From positions 62,001 through 126,000 of IMG/VR virus record IMGVR_UViG_3300002835_000029: a stretch of 64,000 nucleotides of DNA; one strand, 5' to 3'. This DNA comes from an uncultured virus (IMG/VR IMGVR_UViG_3300002835_000029). Its lineage: Duplodnaviria; Heunggongvirae; Uroviricota; Caudoviricetes. Positions 55,905 to 64,000 of the stretch are shown piece by piece. The position numbers and the translations under genes were made by a program. Each line of letters opens with the position of its first letter. Positions within the stretch are counted from its first letter, which is position 1. The notes under the pieces were generated by a model. It did no database searches, was not told the DNA's origin, and saw only the letters and a program-made list of their open reading frames with translations.

Positions 55905-58900
55905 CTATGCTTGTATTATAGTGAGATCGTCTACGTATCCAGTATAAGATGAACCACCCCAACATTCTGCTGATATGTCTACTACTCCAACTTCGGTAGG
56001 AGTAAAAGTTAGAGTAACTTGCTGCCAAGTGTCCAAAGTTGATGTCACATAACTTGTAATATCATTAGGAACGCCAGCTATTTGTCCACCCTTAATTCTT
56101 AGTCCCAAGTTTAGCAAATCATTATTTCTTCTCATCCATGCTTTTATTGTAACCAAAGCGTTTGCATTAACTGCTACTGTAGCTATCTTAAAATCTAATG
56201 GATAAAAAGATCCTCTAAAAGTAGTGCTTGTTGGGGCCAAACTCCATGAGTATCCAGAATTAGTTTTTCTAACATTTGTTTGTGCGCGTATAATTCCGGC
56301 ATCTGTTGTTATTAAATAATTGCCGCTAGTATTATCATGATTAGAACTATATATTCTACTATTTCCCCAAGTATAACAACCGAATTCTAAACTGTCATTT
56401 ATAGTGCAATTTTTTAAGAATATTTCGCCATTAAATAAATACATTCCATAGGTACTTCCATTGTTAGTGGTTGTACAGTTAACATAATTTTCATTATCTG
56501 CAACATAGTATCTTACTGCGTCACCAGCATTTTGAATAAAGTTACCATTTATGAAAGTATTATTAGAACCACCATCTATAAAAATACTATAATTATTATG
56601 TGCTGACAATATATAATTAAATCTATTATATCCACAACCCTGAGTCATAAATATTGAATTATTAGCATGATTAGTACCTATAAATTTGTTAAATATATTT
56701 CCATTACAACCAAAACTCAATGCAAGTCCCTGCGAAGACGAGCTAGAACTCTTTAAAACGTCAAATATATTTTCACTAGTACCGCCAGTAATATCAAAAG
56801 AATATTCAGAAGAACCAACGGATTCTATTGTTCCATGATTGCCAAAAGCACATCCGGCTAGTCTCAGTGGTCTTTGATATCTTACCATTCCTAATTTGTT
56901 TATTCGTATATAATTGAAATTACTGGAAGCAAAACAATATCCAAAACCGTTAAGACCATCATAGAATGTATCAAGATTTTGAACACTCATGTTGGTTCTA
57001 TCCCATCCAAATTCATAATTAATATAATTTCCGACAAATCCACCTTCGGCAAAACTTTGATTAACAGTTGAAACGGTATTTAATATTGGAGTTTTTATAC
57101 TTTCTCGTTTATATGTAGTAACATTTTCTGTAACTCCATAATAACCTCCTCTATGTGTGGTACTTGAAGTATTGATACCAAGATTGGCCCCTTGACCAAT
57201 CATTACTCTAGTTCCGTTAATGCTCATAATAGGATACCATAACTCATCAGTAGTATTTTTGCTAATCAAAGATTGAAGATTTAAACTATCTGGTAAGGAT
57301 GGAGCTTTGCAAGCAATTATATTACTAAGTAAAAATGTCTGTGCGCCACGATCAGTGTCAACATATAAAGCAATACTATTAATGGTACTACTCATCGATG
57401 ATCCAAGATCAATTGTAAAAGGAATCCAGTTATTGTTAACAACTATTGCTGGAATATTAAATGTATGTACTGTAGTATCTCCAGTTGCATCAGAGCATAA
57501 TCGTAGACTAATATCGCCATTTACAGTTGAAGTACCAGCAGTTTGTTTAATATAAAAACTAAGCTGTTGATAGCCGCTTAGATTAAGGGTTCCCGTTGAT
57601 TTGTATGCGGCCTTACCGGTGACAAATGCTGCCCCAATAGCAATACTATCAGAACAGTCTCCTTCTTTAGAATCTCCAGCAGCAACATCTATAGTAGATA
57701 ACGAAGTTGTGACATTAGTAGCAGCTGTCCATACTGTTCTTGGATTAGATGCTGTTCCTCTATTGCCACAACTAGCTATATTTGCTGTAACAGCACTATT
57801 TAATGTAACAACCCTATGAGTCATCTTTCTTAAGATACCATTACTAGCTGTTTGATTAAAATTACCACTAGATCCCACAAGATCGCAACTGCTGCCACTG
57901 ACATTTGAAACTGTCCACACTCCATTAGCATTAGTATTTCCACCAGTTGAAGTAACGAGATTAACTAAAACTGTATCTCCGTCACCTATACCCAAAGAAG
58001 CCATTGTGCTAGCACAAGTTACTCTTATGGGGCTAGCATTTGTGGCAGTAACCACATTGCTAGTTCCTGCTCCAACTCTACCGCTAAGGGTTGACCATGT
58101 TCCACTTCCAACTATAGTTGGTGCTGGACTTCCCATAATTCTAACTGTGTCACCGGGTATTAATTTTGCTGGCGCAATACCATTAGCATTAGTAACAGTT
58201 GTGAATGTTTTGCATCTTCCTCCAATATAATATTGTCTATTAGTTTGAGTAGAAACGTTAAGACCCGCACCATTTACTATTACTACTCTTAAATTAGTAG
58301 AATCTATTCTTTGTGTTATATTAAGTGGAGTATAATTAGTACCATTGAATATATTTAAAAGTTGTTCTGGAGGTTTTTCGTATGACGTAGCAGATGATCC
58401 TGCTTCTATCTGAAGGCCACAGATATAAACACCATCAACATCATTTCCTTCATAGCCAGCCAAATTTAAAGCGGTAGATGAACTTGGAAGTAGAGCTATT
58501 TCTAAAGTATCTGCGGCCAAAGAACCAATACTTCCGCTAGTATTTGCTGTTAATAATAATCTATACCATCCATTGCCAGCATTTACTATGTTAGAAGACA
58601 CAGAAGGATCAGCACCTGTGGCTTCAACAACTCCTGTGCTAAGATTATATCTAGCGGTTTTAGAATCACTAGCAAGTCTCAATAATACCTTAATTTTTTC
58701 CGCAGCTTTAACATAAACAGAGATAGTATACTGACTTCCAGTATTCCATGGAGTATACAAACTTGTTGCTTGCCAAAATCTCATATTATTTGTGAGTGGA
58801 GCGGCTTCTGACAATTTATAAACGGTAGCATCAATTCCACTTGGACCAGCTATGGATTCTTTACCAATTTTTGCTGCTGTTAATCCGCCGTTAAGATACA

Positions 58901-59102
58901 AACAATTACTATACCAAGCAAGATTTTTGGTAGGAGCTATAGTATTATTATTTGGAAAATTTGCGCTTGCTGATGTTAATATGCCAAAAACGTTACTAGA
59001 TCCAGCAGCTAAAGCTCCGTCTGTACCACTAGCCAAAAGAGCAAAGCTAGTTCCACTAAAGTTATCATCACCATTTTCACTGTCTAAAAAGAATGTTGGC
59101 AT
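55905..59102 (-). CDS. spike/fibre with carbohydrate-binding modules and pectin-lyase-like beta-helix (1065 aa)
   Basis: FFLDSENGDDNFSG start; jelly-roll SVYVKA..GNGWYRL; Asn-ladder repeats (ENIF, GNIF, YNRF, NNTF); C-terminal TWQQVTLTFTP..YVDDL. Confidence 0.65.
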   Translation of the reverse strand: MPTFFLDSENGDDNFSGTSFALLASGTDGALAAGSSNVFGILTSASANFPNNNTIAPTKNLAWYSNCLYLNGGLTAAKIGKESIAGPSGIDATVYKLSEAAPLTNNMRFWQATSLYTPWNTGSQYTISVYVKAAEKIKVLLRLASDSKTARYNLSTGVVEATGADPSVSSNIVNAGNGWYRLLLTANTSGSIGSLAADTLEIALLPSSSTALNLAGYEGNDVDGVYICGLQIEAGSSATSYEKPPEQLLNIFNGTNYTPLNITQRIDSTNLRVVIVNGAGLNVSTQTNRQYYIGGRCKTFTTVTNANGIAPAKLIPGDTVRIMGSPAPTIVGSGTWSTLSGRVGAGTSNVVTATNASPIRVTCASTMASLGIGDGDTVLVNLVTSTGGNTNANGVWTVSNVSGSSCDLVGSSGNFNQTASNGILRKMTHRVVTLNSAVTANIASCGNRGTASNPRTVWTAATNVTTSLSTIDVAAGDSKEGDCSDSIAIGAAFVTGKAAYKSTGTLNLSGYQQLSFYIKQTAGTSTVNGDISLRLCSDATGDTTVHTFNIPAIVVNNNWIPFTIDLGSSMSSTINSIALYVDTDRGAQTFLLSNIIACKAPSLPDSLNLQSLISKNTTDELWYPIMSINGTRVMIGQGANLGINTSSTTHRGGYYGVTENVTTYKRESIKTPILNTVSTVNQSFAEGGFVGNYINYEFGWDRTNMSVQNLDTFYDGLNGFGYCFASSNFNYIRINKLGMVRYQRPLRLAGCAFGNHGTIESVGSSEYSFDITGGTSENIFDVLKSSSSSSQGLALSFGCNGNIFNKFIGTNHANNSIFMTQGCGYNRFNYILSAHNNYSIFIDGGSNNTFINGNFIQNAGDAVRYYVADNENYVNCTTTNNGSTYGMYLFNGEIFLKNCTINDSLEFGCYTWGNSRIYSSNHDNTSGNYLITTDAGIIRAQTNVRKTNSGYSWSLAPTSTTFRGSFYPLDFKIATVAVNANALVTIKAWMRRNNDLLNLGLRIKGGQIAGVPNDITSYVTSTLDTWQQVTLTFTPTEVGVVDISAECWGGSSYTGYVDDLTIIQA

Positions 59103-59103
59103 A

Positions 59104-60180
59104 TCAAGTCCTATTTAATGAATTTTTAAATGTTTGTAATATACTGTTGTATGATGAAGCTTCTGATATTGTCAATCCTTGTCCCAATGAATAGTCACTT
59201 AATCGTAGATTACTATAATATCCAGCACTTTGTCTAAATAGCAAAAATGTTGGAGTAAATCGCGTTAAGGTGGCAGTAACTGGTGTGGTGTTAGTACTTC
59301 CAATCTGTGATCCACCTTGATAGACTCTAGAATCTGTTGTTGTTAATCTAGAATTAATTAAATGAGTCGCTGGAGATACTAGACCTGTTGACAGTGGACT
59401 TAATTGAGCATTTATACCATTCTGGGTTATTGTGGATCTTACATTGGCATATCCGCTTAGTAATTGAATTGATAATATCCATACATCAACATATGAAGAT
59501 GTAGAATAAACTATAGTTTGTCCAGCCGCAGATATTGCTGTTGTGGAAACAGTAGCTGCTATATGTAAATTATCTATTAGTGAACCAATAGCTCCAACCA
59601 TAGAAGGAGAAAATCCAGTATCTAAATACTTAGTTCCAACATTTTGCTGGGTGGGATCAGCTCCACTAGAAGTTAATCCAGCATTACTGCCAGTTTCTGA
59701 ATAATCTCCACTAACAAAATTGTAGTTAATGTCTTTGCCAAAACCATAGGATGGAGATAACCAATTTGTAGATAAATATATTGGCACTAGTGCAGAATTT
59801 AAATTATCTCCACAAAATAAATTAAGTCTATAAAATTTGCTCCTCAACCCAGCACTATCTATGCTATTGCAAAAAGTGTTTAAAGCCGTAATTGTTCCAG
59901 CACTAGCACTTCCACCATTGGCTTGAACATTATTTAGCCATAGCTGAACATCTGGATGATTATTACCACTTAATATTAACTGAGATGATTTTTTGGTATT
60001 ATCGAATGCGGGAATGAAGGGTTGGGCCTGCTTTATAATATCAAGACTAAGTGCATCACTATTAGTTGCAACAACTTCTACAAACGGCTGACCTTTATAA
60101 ATAACATCCATAGTCAATAATTGACTTTTTTTAGGAAGTCGTGTTGATCTTTGGAATGTATTTTGTCTTATACTAAACAT
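59104..60180 (-). CDS. ConA/LamG-like virion protein (358 aa)
   Basis: HPDV..W..VQANGG helical N-terminus, then KYLDTGF..SRVYQGG..RLSDYSLGQGLT..YN. Confidence 0.55.
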   Translation of the reverse strand: MFSIRQNTFQRSTRLPKKSQLLTMDVIYKGQPFVEVVATNSDALSLDIIKQAQPFIPAFDNTKKSSQLILSGNNHPDVQLWLNNVQANGGSASAGTITALNTFCNSIDSAGLRSKFYRLNLFCGDNLNSALVPIYLSTNWLSPSYGFGKDINYNFVSGDYSETGSNAGLTSSGADPTQQNVGTKYLDTGFSPSMVGAIGSLIDNLHIAATVSTTAISAAGQTIVYSTSSYVDVWILSIQLLSGYANVRSTITQNGINAQLSPLSTGLVSPATHLINSRLTTTDSRVYQGGSQIGSTNTTPVTATLTRFTPTFLLFRQSAGYYSNLRLSDYSLGQGLTISEASSYNSILQTFKNSLNRT

Positions 60181-60183
60181 TTA

Positions 60184-63100
60184 TCACCCATAGTTTTGAG
60201 AGAAGCTGCCGTACCAATAGGTTCCATCACTAATAAAACTATATATATCAACTTTACTAGCGGTAATTGTTGCTGTTGGAATGGCACTATCGGCCCATCT
60301 TACTCCAGTAAAAGTGGCAGTATAATTTCCAGAGCCACTATTAAGAAACAAACTAAAACTCTTGCCAGCAGTTGCTGTTGGCATGGTAAATGTACAATTA
60401 CCAGTTAGTGTGCATGTTTGAACAGTTCCACTAGTTAAGCTTATTGTTTGAGATGTGCTACTATTTCCAATAGCCACAACGCTTTCTGTGAAACTATCAA
60501 AAGTAAGATTACCATTGACAATTAATCCACTACTAATTACTCCACTACCTATAACGTGTAGTTGAGCACTTGGAGTTTGAGTTCCAATGCCAACTTTACC
60601 ATCATCCATCACATTGAACAAACTATTAGAATTTCTAACTATATTGAAGTAGCCAGATGGTATTGCTATGCTAGATGTAGAATTAGTAAATAGTGTTTTT
60701 GATGAAGCAAATGCTAATCTATTAAAGTTATTTCCCACTAAAGATGTAAATATTGTATTACCAGCGGCTCGACCAACTTGAAAATATGTGGTTGCAACAG
60801 AGTCAGCCCATGTTCCTGTCCAGCCATCTAAACCTCTAAAAATATTTTGACCACCAACCTTAATGTTTATATCTGAATATGTGCTTGTGGCTTCTATTGA
60901 TGGAGATCCAGCGACATTTCCATCGGCATTCAAAATTAAAGAAGATCCAGTTCCTATAAATCTACCGCTACCAGTAACATCTAAGCGATAGGATGGATTA
61001 TTATTACCTATACCAACATTACCATCGTTTCTAACAAATAATAATGGGCTGTTTCCACTATTGACCACATTAAGTGCTGAACTAGCACTTGTTGATCCAG
61101 AACCAGCAATAGTTAATCTGCATGTGCCAAGTGGGCTTGTTGTTCCAATACCAATAGTACCAGAATTAGTCATCCTCATTAGTTCAACGCCGCCGGGAGT
61201 GAATCTTACATGCTGATTATTTGCTCCCGCATTAAGATATCCATGTCCTATATTAATATATTGAGATACCGTTCTTCCAAGATCAACATAGCCACCATCT
61301 GGAGAAAATACTACACTAGGACCATTAGCATTAATTTCTAGATTACCGTTAGTACCACTCCAAATAAAATTTCTAGTTTTTGATGTTCCGCTTCCTACAA
61401 TATAGAGTTTAGCACTATTATCAATATAAGTATCTCCAACAACATGCAAAGCTCCGCTTGGAGTGGTGGTTCCAATACCAACGTTTCCCTCTACAATCAA
61501 ACCATTAGTTGGAGAAGTTACATTATATGCTGATCCTATAGATACTCCACCACTAATTGCTACTAAACCGCTAGGTGCGGTAAAACCAACACCAAATCTT
61601 CCGCCTCCATTACAAACATAAGATACTTGATTAGTTGATGCTCCGCTATGTAACTGATACCTAGAATTTCCAAACTCTGTAATTGTAGCATTAGTGAGAA
61701 TACTACCTCTTATTACTGCTGATCCATTAACATCTAATTTGTATCCCGCTTGTGGTACACTTGTTCCAATACCAACATTAGTACCATTATCATAAATTAA
61801 ACTATTACCTAGTCCGCTACCACCAGTTCCAAACTTGCTTAAATAATTAGCAGTCCCTACCGGTAGTAGTCCACTTACGCTACTATTGAAATCAGTAATA
61901 TTTGATGATGTATGAGTATGGCCGCTAACGCTTACACTAGTACCATTAACGGTTAATCCATTAACGAAGTTATGAATTGCATTAACCGTTCGTGCATTAT
62001 CAACATGTAAATATTGAGAGTGATCATCATCACCTAATCCGAATAAGCTGCCGTGATCATTCTGAGAAACTCCAGCAATAGTACTAATCACAGATACTCG
62101 TATATCAAGAATACTATATAAATAGCATTTTGGAGTGTTAGTAAAATCACTATCACCAGCAAATATTAGTCGATAAAGAGGTTTAACTTCGCTTAATGGA
62201 AGATTAGTAAGATTAACATCACTCCAAGAGTTATTACTTTCAGCAGAGCCGGGATTGCTGTCTACTCTCTGACCCATAATACTAATTATAGGATCATCAA
62301 TCTGATTAGTTGCAAGAATCCATACTGCGAAATATCTTGTTGCTCCACCGGGACTAACATCTGGAGTTGTCCAAGTTCCACCGCTTAATAAGTTATACTG
62401 TGGACCATTAACTCCATACTTTACTGGATAATTTGTGGCGGTATTCTTAACCCACTGACCAGTGTTTCCTTGGTGATAATAAACTGGAATTTGAGCAATC
62501 GGACTTAACTCTTGACAGAACGGATCAGTGCTAGGACTATTAGTAATATTTATCTCAATATCTTCTTGATAAAGAGTACCATTACCAATCGCTATTGTAG
62601 CATCGCTATTGCTATTTCCATTTCCGCTAGTAGAGTAATTACCAATGCTCAAACCGCCAACATATTGTGAGCCAAAAGTATTATGAATCCACTTGTGAGT
62701 GCTAGTATCCATCACAATACCGTGACGTTCTTCAGCAAAAAAAGTCATTTGTCCACTAGGACCAACTCCACTGTTCCAAGCTACATATGCGATAGGAATA
62801 TCACTACTAAAATCAAAGCTTGTAGTTTTATTTGATATTTGATTATTAACAGTATCAAAATGAATATAATTAATTTGAGTAAGATTAGGTATAGTTAAAC
62901 TATCACCACTAGTTTTAACAACTTTGATGCCTTTATTGTAATAACTATATGAACTTCCTGTGGGTTCTATTCTAAATATGTTACCACTAACACTAATTCT
63001 ACTATCAGTTCTATTGACAAATCCTTGAGGCTGTTGACTGTCAACGTGAACTAAGTTTGTAGAAGCAACGGTATAAACGCCGCTATTATTAGTAATATTA

Positions 63101-63999
63101 ATATCATAACCAGCAAGAATATTTTTAACTGGTAATAAACCACTAACGGAAGAATTAAAATCTGTTATATTAGAGCTAGTATGAGTGTGGGAACTTGCTG
63201 CATAATTACCAGAGGGTTGCTTTCCATCAAGCGCGGTTTGGAGGTTAGTAATATCAGATATAGTGTGAGTATGACCATTAGCACTAACATCAACATTGTT
63301 AACTTTTAGTGAAGTAAAGTTTCCGCTGGGGCCACTAATACTTCCAGTAAATGTTGCACCACTTAGATTAGCTTTTCCAGCAAGATTATTTGTGACGGTG
63401 GTAGAGAAATTAGCATCATTACCTAAAGCAGTTGCTAATTCGTTGAGAGTATCTAGTGCAGTTGGAGCAGAAGCCACTAAATTACTTATTTCTGTGCGAA
63501 CAAATGCTGTACTAGCAATTTGAGTACTATTAGTTCCAGCAGTTGCTGTTGGAGTTAATGGAACTCCGCTGAACGATGGACTACTTAATGGGGCATATAT
63601 GCCATTCACTAGCCCACTTACACTACTATTGAAATCTGTAATATTGCTAGACGCATGAGTGTGAGAACTAAGTGCGTAATTTCCAGAAGGTTGTTTATTG
63701 TCAAGAGTTGTTTGAAGTGACGTAATATCAGCTATATTGTGAGTATGTCCACTAACAGAAACATCGACATTAGATACTTTTAAAGATGTAAAACTACCAC
63801 TTGGTCCACTAATGATACCAGTAAAAACAGCCCCAGTGAGAGGAGCATAAATTCCACTAGTTAAAGTATTTACTCTAGAATCTACTTGAGTTTGAGTTAA
63901 ACCAAATGTTCCAGTAGTAGATATTGTATAATTAGAACCAACGCCAGATATACCAATACCACTACCAGCGGTTAATAATGTTATTGGTAATAATCCACT
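60184..63999 (-). CDS. long fibre protein, 5'-partial
   Basis: The frame stays open from 63609 to the window end. Contains the P2 gpH-like repeat APLSSPSFSG..TQIASTAFV..LDTLNELATALGND, HTH (His-Thr-His) knots, GNVGIGT repeats and a C-terminal W..PT.T..DIYSF..DG..WYG tip. Confidence 0.85.
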   Translation of the reverse strand, partial: SGLLPITLLTAGSGIGISGVGSNYTISTTGTFGLTQTQVDSRVNTLTSGIYAPLTGAVFTGIISGPSGSFTSLKVSNVDVSVSGHTHNIADITSLQTTLDNKQPSGNYALSSHTHASSNITDFNSSVSGLVNGIYAPLSSPSFSGVPLTPTATAGTNSTQIASTAFVRTEISNLVASAPTALDTLNELATALGNDANFSTTVTNNLAGKANLSGATFTGSISGPSGNFTSLKVNNVDVSANGHTHTISDITNLQTALDGKQPSGNYAASSHTHTSSNITDFNSSVSGLLPVKNILAGYDINITNNSGVYTVASTNLVHVDSQQPQGFVNRTDSRISVSGNIFRIEPTGSSYSYYNKGIKVVKTSGDSLTIPNLTQINYIHFDTVNNQISNKTTSFDFSSDIPIAYVAWNSGVGPSGQMTFFAEERHGIVMDTSTHKWIHNTFGSQYVGGLSIGNYSTSGNGNSNSDATIAIGNGTLYQEDIEINITNSPSTDPFCQELSPIAQIPVYYHQGNTGQWVKNTATNYPVKYGVNGPQYNLLSGGTWTTPDVSPGGATRYFAVWILATNQIDDPIISIMGQRVDSNPGSAESNNSWSDVNLTNLPLSEVKPLYRLIFAGDSDFTNTPKCYLYSILDIRVSVISTIAGVSQNDHGSLFGLGDDDHSQYLHVDNARTVNAIHNFVNGLTVNGTSVSVSGHTHTSSNITDFNSSVSGLLPVGTANYLSKFGTGGSGLGNSLIYDNGTNVGIGTSVPQAGYKLDVNGSAVIRGSILTNATITEFGNSRYQLHSGASTNQVSYVCNGGGRFGVGFTAPSGLVAISGGVSIGSAYNVTSPTNGLIVEGNVGIGTTTPSGALHVVGDTYIDNSAKLYIVGSGTSKTRNFIWSGTNGNLEINANGPSVVFSPDGGYVDLGRTVSQYINIGHGYLNAGANNQHVRFTPGGVELMRMTNSGTIGIGTTSPLGTCRLTIAGSGSTSASSALNVVNSGNSPLLFVRNDGNVGIGNNNPSYRLDVTGSGRFIGTGSSLILNADGNVAGSPSIEATSTYSDINIKVGGQNIFRGLDGWTGTWADSVATTYFQVGRAAGNTIFTSLVGNNFNRLAFASSKTLFTNSTSSIAIPSGYFNIVRNSNSLFNVMDDGKVGIGTQTPSAQLHVIGSGVISSGLIVNGNLTFDSFTESVVAIGNSSTSQTISLTSGTVQTCTLTGNCTFTMPTATAGKSFSLFLNSGSGNYTATFTGVRWADSAIPTATITASKVDIYSFISDGTYWYGSFSQNYG
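63130..63846 (-). repeat. duplicated ~80-aa fibre module
   Basis: FTG.ISGPSG.FTSLKV.NVDVS..GHTH.I.DIT.LQT.LD.KQPSGNYA.SSHTH.SSNITDFNSSVSGL occurs twice; a partial third copy lies near 61860-61950. Confidence 0.8.
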
Positions 64000-64000
64000 A

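Noticed and set aside
63607..63609. GTG as the start of the long fibre gene
   Set aside because: The frame continues without stops to the window edge and repeats the same fibre module.
1..64000. Stop-codon recoding, introns or inteins
   Set aside because: The standard code gives dense, tightly coupled ORFs using all three stops; no interrupted genes or intein motifs were recognised.

Overview
64 kb of a large, AT-rich tailed-phage genome. Bases 1-2539 (+) are the end of a DNA-metabolism operon: HTH/DUF559-type nuclease, Rad52/Sak-like annealing protein, Zn-ribbon protein and a small secreted protein. A strong terminator follows. Bases 2570-64000 (-) are an almost complete virion morphogenesis region, read right to left: fibre/spike genes, prohead protease-scaffold, decoration protein, major capsid protein, an accessory cassette of Cys-rich, mucin-like and lectin proteins, head-tail joining genes, tail tube, two paralogous chaperone-like genes, a 2307-aa tape measure and several very large tail-tip proteins. 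No sheath gene was seen, suggesting siphovirus-like morphology (inference). No tRNA, rRNA, CRISPR array, integrase or reverse transcriptase was seen. The host may be a Planctomycetota/PVC bacterium (weak inference from recalled family resemblance). Best leads: (1) a circularly permuted FGE/C-type-lectin domain on Ser/Thr stalks whose ligand-loop codons form a GC-rich, DGR-variable-region-like patch in mid-gene; (2) a tape measure with a restriction-endonuclease-fold cargo between repeated FAxGG/DTVPA modules; (3) a leader peptide plus terminator hairpin (attenuator-like) gating two paralogous tail chaperones; (4) a GTGTATAW late-promoter motif at five operon starts; (5) Ser-Gly enrichment in fibre proteins. 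All function calls are motif recognition by eye, not database results.
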